A stretch of DNA of 64,000 bases from Octopus vulgaris (lineage: Eukaryota). Both the position numbers and the translations under genes were made by a program. Shown here piece after piece: positions 40,206 through 54,929 of this stretch (positions are counted from its first letter, which is position 1; every line of letters begins with the position of its first letter). The stretch spans positions 76,880,001-76,944,000 of the forward strand of contig OX597824.1 of assembly GCA_951406725.2 (NCBI GenBank). Direction: 5' to 3'. The notes under the pieces were generated by a model, which saw only the letters and a list, made by a program, of their open reading frames with translations, made no database searches and had not been told where the DNA came from.

Positions 40206-40569
40206 GTCATCATCGTCATCATCCTCCTCATCATCATCATCATCATCACCACCACCATCACCATCATCATCATCATCGTCATCGTCATCATCGTCATCAT
40301 TGTCATCATCATCATCATCCTCATCATCACCATCACCATCACCATCATCATCATCTTCATCCCTTAACATACGTGTTCCATGCTGGCATGGATTGGATGT
40401 TTTTTTTTAGGAGCTGACCAGCTGAAGGGTTGTTTCAGGCTGCATATCTGTTTTGGCATGGCTTCTACAGTCAGATGCCCTTCCTAATACCAACTGCTGT
40501 ACAGAGTGTACTGGGTGCTTTTACACAGCACCAGTATGAGTGCTTTTTACATGGCACCAACACAATCAA

Positions 40570-42161
40570 ATACTTTATATTATATATACAATGCCTACTT
40601 GTACATACTTGTACATGCAGGTTGATTGTACTTGTTCAGTCAACCGTGTCAGCCTTAACTTATGATGCCAGACATCGTCACTTGATACTAACACATGAAC
40701 GTAGTGGAGAACCTACAAAAATTTCTAAAACCAATCATTTGACTATCTTCTACCAATCAAATCCTATTCAATATATATACTGATTTGAGCTATGATCTCC
40801 CCATAAAAACAGGGAAACCTTCAAACACTAGTCAGAAGCAAGACAGCTGCGACATAAGCAACGCATTTCTATTTAACTTTTTTGAAAATCAGTGTAAACT
40901 ATGAGACTGGTTAAAGCTTCCAATATTTTAATTAAAAATATTTTAACTTTTCTCAATGTAATTTCTGTTTGCATTTGATGTATGAGATATCAAAAGATTC
41001 AGTAATCTTTCAGCTACCAAGTGAAATATGCTTTATGCACAATGATTCATTTTTACTAAAAAAGCAACCTCGGAAATGAGGTTGAGTTGCACAGTTTTGA
41101 AGTCATTTTCAGGCAATATTTGAATTTGCTTCTAATCTCTGTTGCCTAATGTTTACAGTGTCAAAAAATGCAGTAATGCACAAGGAGTGTTATGAGTGCA
41201 CTTGTGATGCACAAAACACTATCAATGGAAAATTACCAAAAAAACATGCTTTTGGGGGACAATTATTGGCACATTTTCCATCAGTGATGTGGCCTTAAAG
41301 TGCCAATGTGAACCTCTTTAGTATTTCATGATTAAACAATGTCTTTGAAGTATTGTGATACCATTTCTTTGCACAGTGCCCTATTTTTCATTAGAAAATT
41401 TACTAACTAACCATGTTATGGAATAATTGTGATTGCTTCTGGCATTACTACCAAAAACGATTTGTCCATGTAGATTTTCTTGATAGCCAAAGAAGCATTT
41501 CATGTTTAAATTCGATAAAATTTCCCCAAGGACTAAGCACAGTAAAAGCCTATATTCATTCAAGTGTGGTAAAGATGTGAAGAAATGACTAAAACCTTTT
41601 GAACTATTTTGCCTTTAACATTTTCCCCTTTATTTAACCCAATTTAGGCAAAGTTCTTTATCGTTATTAGTATATATTCATGCCTATTCATTCATTCCAT
41701 AAACCCCAAAGTTCGTAAGGATCTTGCCACAATCTCCCTATTTTTCACAGTGGTTGAGCATATACTATACTGCGGGTGGTACAATGGAAAAAAACGTCTG
41801 ACCTGATAACATCTGTGAAGACAACAAATACACCATGCAGCTATGCAAGGGCAAATTAAAATCACATACACACACGAGTCCACCCATGGTGTGTGTCATT
41901 TTATTGGTCGGGATACACACTTTGTTCATTGATTGGTACAATTTTAAATCAATTTTCACTTATCAGAGACATGTACTGCAATACCAGTTGGTCATGGTAT
42001 TATTGTTGTGAACGACCTGGACGATGCTGGGGTGCATTGTGTGGTGCATATGTTCTGCTTGAACTCGAAAAATGAGTATATATATATTGAGGATATATAT
42101 ATATATAATACAATGTGGCTGTAGATCATAACACCTGGGCAATGATGGGCTGCATAGCTAG
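40570..42161 (+). mobile_element. Probable decayed Helitron (PIF1-like helicase remnants plus 3' terminus)
   Basis: Fragments FRQYL, TTKND, LPQ and WYNGK occur in the order of the helicase motifs DFRQ/APKN/LPPH/CNGTRL; GC hairpin remnant at 42134-42149 followed by CTAG-T at 42158-42162. Left boundary uncertain. Confidence 0.5.
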
Positions 42162-42372
42162 TGTGTGCATGTATATATATATATTGTAAAATTTGATTTA
42201 GTATTACTAAATTGAATTTTTCCCTGTAAGTTTGGAATCATATTTCCTAATATATATGTGTGTGTGTGTATGTGTATATTATGTGTATGTATACCAATAT
42301 TTTTAGTGCTTTTTTAAATTTCAATTAGAATTAGAAACCTAGTTCACATTATTATAATAAATAAAAAGCATT

Positions 42373-42404
<32 letters not shown>

Positions 42405-43214
42405 TCTCGTTTTTATAAATAATACTGACAGTGAAAAAAATAAATTTAGGGCATTTTTTTTTTGTCATTTTCGTTTTTTGTAAAACACGCAAACAAACAT
42501 AAATCCACTCTCACAAATATATAAATATTTACCTATTAAACATGTCCACAAGCTTGAGACAATCTTCATACTGTGTATGTCATGTTTGTGTAAAAACGGT
42601 TTGGGACATATACATACATACAATATATATGTCTCTCCCGCTCTTTCTCTCTATATATATATACATACACACACAATCACACACTCATACAAGCATACAA
42701 ACACATACATGCACAAACAATTTTGATTAACTGATTGTAGGGAGACTTCTGAGATTCTCATATATTAAATACATATATTTTATATTTTTCTTTAGTTATT
42801 TTCATTTTTATATACGTTTTTATTTTCATTTTTATCTTACTTTCAATATCTCTACCTAAATTCTTTTTCACAAATATCACCTCATATCTATTTTCAAAGT
42901 TTTTCTCATTTTTATTATGTCTTAATATTATTAATATTCCAAGTTTTTGCACAAATATCTTTATTATAACGAGTGCTTTCAATGCTATCGTAATTATTAG
43001 CTGCCACCACTCTATTCTTCTACCCCCCTTCCCCAACCATGTTTCTACAATATATATTGATTGAACATCCACAGACATTTAGCCATCTTCTCTGAAAAGG
43101 TGAATTTCAAAACATCTGGCCATCATTCATGAAGACAATACACGACACATACACCCCACCCCACACATACATATGTATATATATATATTCATTTATAAAT
43201 GTATACATATATAC

Positions 43215-43249
<35 letters not shown>

Positions 43250-43261
43250 TATATACATATA

Positions 43262-43307
<46 letters not shown>

Positions 43308-43308
<1 letters not shown>

Positions 43309-43585
43309 TCTTTTACTCTTTTACTTGTTTCGGTCATTTGATGGCAGCCATGCTGGAGCACCACCTTTAGTCAAAAAAACTGACCCCAGGACTTATTCTT
43401 TGTAAGCCAAGTACTTATTCTATTGGGTCTGTTTTGCCGAAACGCTAAGTTACAGGGACATAAACACACCAGCATCGGTTGTCGAGGGATGTTGGGGTTC
43501 AAACAGATACACAAACATATACACACACACATATATATATATACGACAGGATTATTCGAGATTCCATCTACCAAATCCACTCCCA
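43308..43585 (-). mobile_element. SINE family A, 3' part
   Basis: CTCTTTTACTCTTTTACTTGTTTC.. is the reverse of the family tail. Confidence 0.85.
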
Positions 43586-43783
43586 AATTGGATCTCCCCA
43601 TTTTCTGGTTAGGCTTTTTGGGGTCTGTAAGGGTTTATTCTCTGATTCAGGGAGGCAACCCATACTCATAAACGTTTTTTTGTCTTTGTATAGATTCTGA
43701 AGAGCTGTTCACAAGGCTTTGGTTTCATGGACATAAAACTCTTTGATAATTCTATGTCCAAAATTTAAATTCTTGTTGTAATG

Positions 43784-43823
<40 letters not shown>

Positions 43824-44063
43824 CATGTTGGACAGCTGAACTCTGCACATTTTTTCTCTCTCCATTTTTTCCATTCTCTCACCATTTTTACCCTCTCAAT
43901 CCCTTCTATCGAAGAGCGTTGGATTGAAATGTAAAAACAAAGTTTCCATTTTTCCCAAGCATTAAATTAATACACCTACTTGTTGTTTCTATACCTGTCT
44001 TTGTCTTTTGTCTTCTGTAAATTTGAACTAAATATATATGCATATATATACATATATATATAC

Positions 44064-44254
<191 letters not shown>

Positions 44255-45515
44255 TATATTGGTACAAACGGTAAGATAACAAAAGAAAGAAAGAGACCTC
44301 AATATTATGAAAATAGAGGAAATTTATCTATGAAATAATATGCACAATTACTCAAGAGTCAAGATAAAACTCTGAGTTTCAGATGCCGAAGTGGAAATCC
44401 ACAACATATATGATAAGAAATTGTTGCCTTGTCACCAAAGTTTAGCAACATCAAGCGTCAAATCAGCATCCTAAATGGATGTCATGTGACACACTGAGAA
44501 AATGTAAGAAATGTGAGCATTTTCGACTTTATAGCTGCAGACTTGTTCATGCAGTCAATCAGTTCACCTTATAAATATGTTGTTTAGAGTTTATTGAGAT
44601 TGTGTTGCACAGCACTCCAGAGATTTTACTGCTATGTCCTCAAGCTGACAAATGCCTTCTGACTGTGTAATCAATAGGTGGAAACCATAGGAAGCTAATA
44701 TCCTATCAGGTTCCTTTGTCTCTTGAAATATGAATGTATATAATGGCTGTATAGAATATGTTTCCTCAAGATTCTATGAATTTGTTTAGAGATTCTATGA
44801 GTTAAGGTATTGATTATGGTGAAAAGCATGGAAGATGGACCTTAAATGATAATGACGATGATACATATAAATCAATATATAATACATATGCAGAGAAATA
44901 TATATATATATATAAATATATATATATAAACAAAGTTGTTTTATTCCGTGTAGGTAGAAATATTGAAGAAAAGAAGTTGAAAATACACTGGGATTCGTTT
45001 AGAATTTTTATTTTTAAATTTTCAAAGACTTAACTAGTTTCACAGTTTTATCTGATTTTCAAAAGTTGAAAGATAAAGACGTGGAGTTACGCTGCAAGTT
45101 CCTTGCTTCTCAGAAGTAAGGCAGTTGCATGGTTAAGTCTTTAAAAATTAAAACATAAAAAGTCTAAAGGAACTCCAGTGCATTTTCAACTTCTGTGTGT
45201 GTATATATATATATATCTTTATTTATACATGCATACATACATCAATCTATCTCTCAATATCTATCTCTATATATACATACACACATATATATGTACACAC
45301 ACACACACACACACGTGCATGTGTGTGTACAGACATTTCGATGAGCAAACGATTAAAAAAATGAATAAAATAACCAGAAAGAAGAAAACAAACATGAGGA
45401 TATGCATAAGAATTATATTAGTTTGACACTCTGTGAAAGGGGAAGATTTTCAACGTTTCGAGCATAGCTTTTCAGCTGAAAGGAGTAAGGGAAAAATTCA
45501 AAGAAGGACGATCGT

Positions 45516-45547
<32 letters not shown>

Positions 45548-45552
45548 CATAT

Positions 45553-45596
<44 letters not shown>

Positions 45597-45598
<2 letters not shown>

Positions 45599-45930
45599 TG
45601 AGACCCCTTTCGGTCATGACTGACCATGGGATTGCACCTAGAAAGTTACCCTCCGAGGCACAAGTCCGGGCAAGTTTGTTTGTGGAAGACCAGCAGTCGC
45701 CCATGCATACCGGCCTCCCCTCTCCACACCACCAGTGTTATCCAAGGGAAAGGCAAAGGGGCCAATACAGCTTGGCACCTATGATGTCGCAACTCATTCC
45801 TACAGCCGAGTGAACTGGAGCAACGTGAAATATTAAAGGTCTTGCTCAAGAACACAACACGCAGCCTGGTCCGGGATTCAAACTCACAACTTCGTGATCG
45901 TAAGCTGGACGCTCTAACGACTGAGCCATT
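45597..45930 (-). mobile_element. tRNA-derived SINE family D; 3' part also at 61134-61330 (+)
   Basis: Minus-strand head AATGGCTCAGTCGTTAGAGCG..GAGTTTGAATCCC..CTTGAGCAAGAC. Confidence 0.8.
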
Positions 45931-46071
45931 CACACACACACACATATATGTATATATGGCCTGCTTGCTTAGCCAGCGGGGTGGCGTTATTTGAAGGCTA
46001 AAACAATGCGAAGTGCATTGTGACCAGCGATATATAGCAACATGAGATAGCCTGGTCGGTCACGTGGTCAT

Positions 46072-46108
<37 letters not shown>

Positions 46109-46123
46109 CATACATACATATAC

Positions 46124-46248
<125 letters not shown>

Positions 46249-46894
46249 CTGCATAGGTATGTGCATATATATATGTACATATGTGTGTGTCAGTGTGTTT
46301 GTGTGCATAGATGTGTGCATGTGTACACACATGTATGCATGCATACATAGTGTATTCTCTCAACTACGTTCACCACTTCGGAAACAAAAATATTGAAGTC
46401 CATCTAAACTTAGTAATAATCATATTTTCTTGAAATTATACTTTCTATTACATTCATTTCTACATATATTGATTTTTATATTTATCTATTTTTCATTTAT
46501 TTATTTATTTATCTATTTATGTATTTATTCATTTATACACACTTTTACCTGCCCCTCTCTCTCTCTCTCTTATACTTACTTTTTTATTTTTTTAATTATT
46601 TTTTTTTTAGGTTTTTAGAAGTGGTAAAATAAGGAAAAAGTATGTCAAATGATTTCAAGAGAATCGATTCAAACAAATTTTCTGCAGACCAAATTAATTT
46701 TCAGGAATTTAGCTATAATTTTCTCGTCTAAACAACATTCAATCAAATTGTTTCCTGCAATACTCACTTCCTCACTCAATTCTATAATATCTAATCTAAT
46801 TTAGCCAACCCAATCATTCTAGTTAAATGTTTCTCTATCTGTTCTTAGATGTGCATGTACGTGTGTATGCATATAAAGGCACCCTTTACACACA

Positions 46895-47090
46895 TCATGC
46901 AGGCATGTAAAAAGCACCCATTACACTCTCAGAGTTGTTGGCTTTAGGAAGGGCATCCAGCTGTAGAAAAACCATGCTAAATGAGACTGGAGTTCGGTGC
47001 AGCCTTCTAGCTTACCAGCCCTGGTCAAACCGTCCAACCCATGCCAGCATGGACAACGGATATTCTATGATGATAATGATGATGATGATG
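46895..47090 (+). mobile_element. RTE-type element
   Basis: Family core and (GAT)n tail. Confidence 0.8.
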
Positions 47091-47106
47091 ATATATAGAT
47101 AGGGGG

Positions 47107-47233
<127 letters not shown>

Positions 47234-47368
47234 CAGACAGATACATACATATGTATGTATATAGATTTTTATTCTCTCTTTCTTTCACTGGCAAATACAT
47301 TACATTCACATATCCATATCCATATGCAGTTATGAATATATATATATTTATTTACATATATATATATT

Positions 47369-47426
<58 letters not shown>

Positions 47427-47430
<4 letters not shown>

Positions 47431-47842
47431 CGTTCGTGTCCGTTGCCAGCCTCGCCTGGCCCCCGTGCCGGTGACACGTAAAAGCACCATCCGTTTTGCG
47501 GCCGTTTGTCAGCTCTGTCTGGCCCCCATGTTGGTGGCACGTAAAAGCACCATCTGATCGTGTCCGTTGCCAGCCTTGCCTGGCCCCGTGCTGGTGACAC
47601 GTAAAAGCACCATCTGTTCGTGGCCGTTTGCCAGCTCTGTCTGGCACCTGTACGGGTGGCACGTAAAAAGCACCCACTACACTCACGGAGTGGTTGGCGT
47701 TAGGAAGGCCATCCAGCCGTAGAAACACTGCCAGATCTGACTGGGCCTGATGAAGCCTTCCAGCTTCACAGACCCCAGTTGAACTGTCCAACCCATGCTA
47801 GCATGGAGAACGGACGCTAAATGATGATGATGATGATGATGA
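47427..47842 (+). mobile_element. RTE-type element with four tandem head units of about 62 bp
   Basis: CACGTAAAAGCACC recurs four times before the family core. Confidence 0.85.
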
Positions 47843-48480
47843 CATATGTATACATATCATTACCATCATCATCATCATTATCATCATTTAACAACCATGT
47901 GCAATGCTTCCATGGATTGGATGGTTTGACAAGGATCCACCAAGCCAAAGGACTGCATCATACTCAAGTGTCTGCTGTGGAATGGCTTCTTTGACTGGAT
48001 GTCCTTCCTAATTCCAACCACTTTACAATGTATACCAGGTGCTTTTTCCTCATGCCTTTAGCACTACCGAGGCAACCATGCAACTCACAAGGCAACAAAC
48101 CCAAGGCTGGAGGATTCTGTGTCTGGGTATCAGATGGAGGCTAAGCTATGGGGGAAAAGGCTAAGGTAGGGGAGTGCCATACTGTACAGTTTTCCTCTAC
48201 CACCTCCACTCACCTGGCATTACTCCATCCCTAACTATAGTAGAAGACACTTTGTAAGTTGCCATATTCTTGAAATGAACTTTAAAGTACATGAGTTTGA
48301 AAAAAAATTCCATGTTAGGAGCAAGGTGTGTACTGAATGCCTTACACAATAAATTCTTAATTTATCAGAATATCTTTGACAGGTAGGAAAGGAAAAGGAA
48401 AACCTTTTGATAGTTGTAAGCAATTATGGATAAAAAGGGGAGATAATTTGAAGGAAATCAAAAATAATTTGACAGTTCAA

Positions 48481-48707
48481 TTAATCATTTTGATACCCAC
48501 ACGTCTGAGATCAGACTTGGTTCTTTAATGCACAGCTGCTGTTTTGGAGTTATCTAAATTAAAACCGTACATCAAAATTTCATGTTAAATTATGTTCCAA
48601 ATTCCAGTTTAATAACGTCAAAGTTATTTTACAAGATTTTTCATAATATCTGAAATTAATTAACACAAACGCAAAATATTTCAACAGAAATATCATAACA
48701 AAAGGTA
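48481..48707. mobile_element. piggyBac-like MITE, degenerate
   Basis: TTAATCATTTTGATACC...TAACAAAAGG; internal similarity to the 10995 copy. Confidence 0.65.
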
Positions 48708-49429
48708 TAGCATTCATAGGAAAAGAAGACCACCGCGATTTTGTCACAAAGACAGGAGGCTATAATAGATAAATTTTAGGCTTTGGTCTGGCCTCAACAG
48801 CATTGCACAAACCTCATTTTCTGAACAAACTAAGGATATTTTACCATTTACAGAGGCAGGCATGGTTATCTGGCGAAGACACGCTTCTTGTGTTCAGATC
48901 CACAGCATAGAACTCTGAGTAACTATCTACTACAATGGCCCAAGGTCAATCAAAGTATTCAAAATGGATTTAGTTGATGAAAACTCATTGAGTTCCATCA
49001 TTTATACATATATATATTTATATATACAACAGCAGGATGGCCTGCTGTGCTTACTTTGGATCGTAGGGTGACCTGCTATGCTTGAGATCTATTGAGTCAA
49101 GTCTATCAACATCAAAATAAACATCAAATGGAAATTGTAGTTGTGATACCCGTGCCAGTGGCACATAAAAAGCACCATCTGAATGTGGCCGAAGCCAGCA
49201 CCGCTTTGACTGGCTTTCGTCCCTGTTGCACTTAAAAAGCACAAAATTATTGTGTAATGCTGACAGTAAAAGCAGTAGGGTAGTTGGATCAATTGGCACC
49301 TTACGGTCATTGGTCTCCTGTCCTTACTGCTTGTAATGTTGCATTTCTGTATTATATTTAAGTGGTGGGGTCTAATGAAATTAATGATGAAGCAATTATT
49401 GATTTTCAGAGGGTTTATTTAATGCTTAC

Positions 49430-49630
49430 ACTGCCGTTGCAAGCCTCGCCTGGCACATAAAAAGCACCCACTACACACATGGAATAGTTGGCATTAGGAA
49501 GGGTATCCAGCAGTAGAAACTCTGCCAGATCAGACTGGAGCTTGGTGCAGCCTCCTGGCTTCCCAGACCCCGGTTGAACCTTCCAACCCGTGCTAGCATG
49601 GAAAACGGACGCTAAACGATGATGATGAGG
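49430..49630 (+). mobile_element. RTE-type element (related upstream piece about 49030-49250)
   Basis: Family core and tail. Confidence 0.8.
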
Positions 49631-49888
49631 AACATTTTTTTCAGTTTCCATCTACTTTATATCTATATAAATAAGTACTATATGTTATTCAACTCTTCAT
49701 ATTTGCTCTGTGTATAGACTTTGGTATAAAATATTGATCTAAATCTGAGACATTTCACTTTAATTGACCCCTCTGGTTATTCTCTTCACACAAAATAAAA
49801 ATTTGTAGTACATGCTATTTATTCATAAGGTAGCTATGTATGTATATGTGCATGCATGTTTATGGGAGTGCTTGTTGGTGGGTATGTA

Positions 49889-49981
<93 letters not shown>

Positions 49982-50051
49982 ATATGTATGTATATATATA
50001 TATATGTATATATGTATATATATGTATACATACATACATATATACATACAT

Positions 50052-50084
<33 letters not shown>

Positions 50085-50125
50085 GATATAGATATGTAGT
50101 ATATATATATATATATATATATATA

Positions 50126-51644
50126 TAGCGGCTATAATCTCGAGCTGTTTGAATGCTTATCTTATTTTTATTTATTTTCACTTCACTTCACTTCTCGACC
50201 AATCATACATGTTTTCCTATCTGTTGTTATTTATCTATCTAACTATTGTATCTAATTTCTCCTCTATTAACTCTTGCCCGACCAAGTCTCGCTCTATCAT
50301 CCTTTTTCAACCTTCGCGCGTATTTGTCTATCGATCTCCGCCATCTTTAAAGCCTGTTCCCTTAATACACTTCCGCCTTGTCCAAAAATTCCTTTCCGGT
50401 CAATTTCTTTACTTAAGGCAACAACATCTGCTCTCTCATTCATTCACCTAGCGGCTATAATCTCGAGCACAGCTAAGTTTGAATGCTTATCTTATTTTTA
50501 TTTATTTTCACTTCACTTCACTTCTCGACCAATCATACATGTTTTCCTATCTGTTGTTATTTATCTATCTAACTATTGTATCTAATTTCTCCTCTATTAA
50601 CTCTTGCCCGACCAAGTCTCGCTCTATCATCCTTTTTCAACCTTCGCGCGTATTTGTCTATCGATCTCCGCCATCTTTAAAGCCTGTTCCCTTAATACAC
50701 TTCCGCCTTGTCCAAAAATTCCTTTCCGGTCAATTTCTTTACTTAAGGCAACAACATCTGCTCTCTCATTCATTCACCTAGCGGCTATAATCTCGAGCAC
50801 AGCTAAGTTTGAATGCTTATCTTATTTTTATTTATTTTCACTTCACTTCACTTCTCGACCAATCATACATGTTTTCCTATCTGTTGTTATTTATCTATCT
50901 AACTATTGTATCTAATTTCTCCTCTATTAACTCTTGCCCGACCAAGTCTCGCTCTATCATCCTTTTTCAACCTTCGCGCGTATTTGTCTATCGATCTCCG
51001 CCATCTTTAAAGCCTGTTCCCTTAATACACTTCCGCCTTGTCCAAAAATTCCTTTCCGGTCAATTTCTTTACTTAAGGCAACAACATCTGCTCTCTCATT
51101 CATTCACCTAGCGGCTATAATCTCGAGCACAGCTAAGTTTGAATGCTTATCTTATTTTTATTTATTTTCACTTCACTTCACTTCTCGACCAATCATACAT
51201 GTTTTCCTATCTGTTGTTATTTATCTATCTAACTATTGTATCTAATTTCTCCTCTATTAACTCTTGCCCGACCAAGTCTCGCTCTATCATCCTTTTTCAA
51301 CCTTCGCGCGTATTTGTCTATCGATCTCCGCCATCTTTAAAGCCTGTTCCCTTAATACACTTCCGCCTTGTCCAAAAATTCCTTTCCGGTCAATTTCTTT
51401 ACTTAAGGCAACAACATCTGCTCTCTCATTCATTCACCTAGCGGCTATAATCTCGAGCACAGCTAAGTTTGAATGCTTATCTTATTTTTATTTATTTTCA
51501 CTTCACTTCACTTCTCGACCAATCATACATGTTTTCCTATCTGTTGTTATTTATCTATCTAACTATTGTATCTAATTTCTCCTCTATTAACTCTTGCCCG
51601 ACCAAGTCTCGCTCTATCATCCTTTTTCAACCTTCGCGCGTATT
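50126..51644. repeat. 330-bp tandem array, about 4.6 near-identical copies
   Basis: TAGCGGCTATAATCTCGAGC starts at 50126, 50449, 50779, 51109 and 51439; the first unit is 7 bp shorter. Confidence 0.97.
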
Positions 51645-51885
51645 CGCGGTGCACCCACCCTGCCCACCCCCACCACCAATACCGGATATCTCTATATTTT
51701 TGCTCCATCTATACCGGATGTTGTTTCTCCCACCACCATTATAGGTGTCTACTCTTCGAATGCCCCCTCCTCAATACGCTATTTTCACCATGCATTACCC
51801 TCTATCCTACGTTCTACTTGCCTAAGAACCTGTCATCATTCCTCTGAACCACCCCTCCCCACTGGTGCTCCCCTATATTTCATAT

Positions 51886-52110
51886 AAAAGCACCATCCGA
51901 ACGTGGCCGATGCCAGACCCTCTGGCACCTGTGCAGGTGGCACGTAAAAAACACCCACTACACTCGCGGATGGTTGGCGTTAGGAAGGGCATCCAGCTGT
52001 AGAAACACTGTCAGACTAGACTGGAGCCTGGGGCAGTCCCTAGCTCCCCAGACCCCGGTCGAAACCGTCCAACCCGTGCTAGCATTAAACGATGATATAT
52101 ATGATGATGA
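51886..52110 (+). mobile_element. RTE-type element 3' part
   Basis: AAAAGCACCATCCG..GGTTGGCGTTAGGAAGGGCATCC..GATGAT. Confidence 0.85.
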
Positions 52111-52119
52111 TATATATAC

Positions 52120-52171
<52 letters not shown>

Positions 52172-52521
52172 TAGTATATATATATGTAGCATGTATATAT
52201 ATCCCCCTCTCTCTCTCTCTCTCTCTCTCTCTCAGAGAGGCACAAGCATCTACACACACATATACACACATGGCAGTAACTTCTGCCTACCAAATTCAGT
52301 CACAAAGTTTCAGAAGACACTTGCCCAAAGCGCCAATGGGGTGGGACTGAACCCAAAACCATATAGCTGCGAAGCAAGCTTCCTGACCACGCGGCCATGC
52401 CCGCACCTACAAAAATGCATGTGCATATATGCAGCACTATTCGTGTGGCAAGTTTTTTTACAGCCAGATGCCTTTCCTGACGCCAACCCCCACCTGTTGC
52501 CAAGTGAGGTAGTTTTTTCCC

Positions 52522-52552
<31 letters not shown>

Positions 52553-52626
52553 TGTATGTATGTATGTATGTATGTATATATATATATATATATATATATG
52601 GATATATGTATGTATATATATATATG

Positions 52627-52776
<150 letters not shown>

Positions 52777-52812
52777 CATATATATATATATGTATATATA
52801 TATATATGTATG

Positions 52813-52843
<31 letters not shown>

Positions 52844-53144
52844 GTATATATATATATGTTTATAAATATGTATATATTTATATATGTATACATATATATA
52901 TATATATACACATATATATATGTATATATATACACATATATATATGTATATATATGTGTGTGTGTATATATATGTTGTACTTCGGTTTCTGTACAGGTGT
53001 GTACCCTGACAGGCACAATATTTGTCTTTCATTAAATGACAAATTGATGTAAACCCATCGAAAGACACTAATTAGACTTAATATTTTTCACAAAGACAGG
53101 AGCAGACCCAACCTCCTACTGATACGCACGCACACACACACACA

Positions 53145-53183
<39 letters not shown>

Positions 53184-53444
53184 ATTCACACACATTTGCA
53201 CATGTATATGCATGCCTATGCACAAGCATATACACATACAGCTATAAAAACACATGCCCATATAGGTACATACTCATTTGCAAATATACATATGTTCACG
53301 AATGTGTGAACATGTCTGTTAAGTGTGTATATAATTTTATGTTCAAACTGTTAATTAACATACACACGCTCGCAGGCACACACACTCACACACACACATA
53401 TATATGTATATATATATATACATATATGTATATATATATATACA

Positions 53445-53496
<52 letters not shown>

Positions 53497-53577
53497 AGTA
53501 TATGTATCTATAAAACTGGCAGTCAGTTATGATGACAAGAGTTTCAGTTGATACAATCAATGGAACAGCCTGCTCGT

Positions 53578-53780
53578 GTCTTTTACTATTGCCTCGAGCT
53601 GACCAAAGCCTTGTGAGTGGATTTGGTAGAAGGAAACTGAAAGAAGCCCGTCATATATATGTATATATATAAATATATATGTATGTGTGTGTATTTGTTT
53701 GTATGTCTCTGCTTGTCCCCTCCCCCTCCCCCACCAACATTGCTTGATAACCGATGCTGGTGTGTTTATGTCCCCATAAC
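53578..53780 (+). mobile_element. SINE family A internal fragment
   Basis: GACCAAAGCCTTGTGAGTGGATTTGGTAG. Confidence 0.8.
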
Positions 53781-53810
53781 TCATTTACAATCATCACATA
53801 TTAAGTCAAA

Positions 53811-53846
<36 letters not shown>

Positions 53847-53952
53847 CATGTATATGAATATTTTGTGAACTTTTCATTCATTTATTGGATCAGCAAAGAC
53901 ACACTCAATTTAAGCGATTGCCACTTCATATACAGAAACTCCATACAAACCC

Positions 53953-54395
53953 ATCTGATTACTGCACTAACTTAACATGAAACTTGAAGTAGCTCACATT
54001 TAACTCCTGCATTCATTAAATAATATATGAATGTTTCAACATATATACATACGCACTCCACCATGAAACCAGTGGTCATAGACAGGAATGGCATATGTTA
54101 CACATCTGGGTAACCCATTGTCCATGTGAAGGCAATATATCTACAAATTTGCTAGATCATCAACCAAAATGCTTTGTGGTTTTAGCTCTGGGCCTCTGTA
54201 GGGAACTCGGCTTTACATTCTTTCAGGATTCATAAATAAAACACTAGTAACATATGCCATTCCTGTCTATGACCACTGGTTTCATGGTGGAGTGTGTATG
54301 TATATATGTTGAAATATTCATATATTATTTAATGAATGCAGGAGATAAATGTGAGCTACTTCAAGTTTCATGTTCAGTTACTGCTGTAATCAGAT
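53953..54395. repeat. Inverted duplication of about 149 bp with a 145-bp spacer
   Basis: 53953-54101 is the reverse complement of 54247-54395 with few mismatches. Confidence 0.9.
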
Positions 54396-54885
54396 TCTTC
54401 TTTCTCCCTCTGATCCCCTTTCTGGACCCTACATCATTGTTTTAACATTCAATTTTTTGTGCTTGCATGAATTTGATGGAATTCATTGAGGTGGTTTTTC
54501 TGTGGCTGGAAACACTTCTTGTTGTCTACGGTCACTTGTTTCTGAACACAGTAATTTTTCTCCATGGCCAGAGATGTTTTTCATGGAAGACTGGAAACAA
54601 GAGACACTACTTTCATGACAAGTGAGGTCTGCTTATGACTATCAAGACTAGATGTCAAGACAAGGACATAGTAACACACATACTCATGCATACACATGCT
54701 CAAAGACACACACTCATACACACACACAAACACACACAAACACGTGCACACACTCACACACACACACATATACATATATATATATATATATATATATGTA
54801 GAAGGTTGAAAAAGAACACACGAGTTGATATATATATGGTAAAAAAGTCAGGGTAGAAAATGCTAAAATAACTTCATAAAAACCA

Positions 54886-54929
54886 TTTCAGTACCAGTTT
54901 CAGTCATTGAGACTTCTTCAACTGTAAGT
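54886..54929 (-). ncRNA. Minimal hammerhead-like motif (C3U variant)
   Basis: Minus strand TTACAG-TTGAAGA-AGTC-TCAAT-GACT-GAAA-CTG-GTA-CTGAAA. Confidence 0.5.

Noticed and set aside
50149-51887. Repeated 100-aa and 103-aa ORFs
   Set aside because: They start at TTG, overlap, contain no recognisable domain and simply reflect the pyrimidine-rich 330-bp unit.
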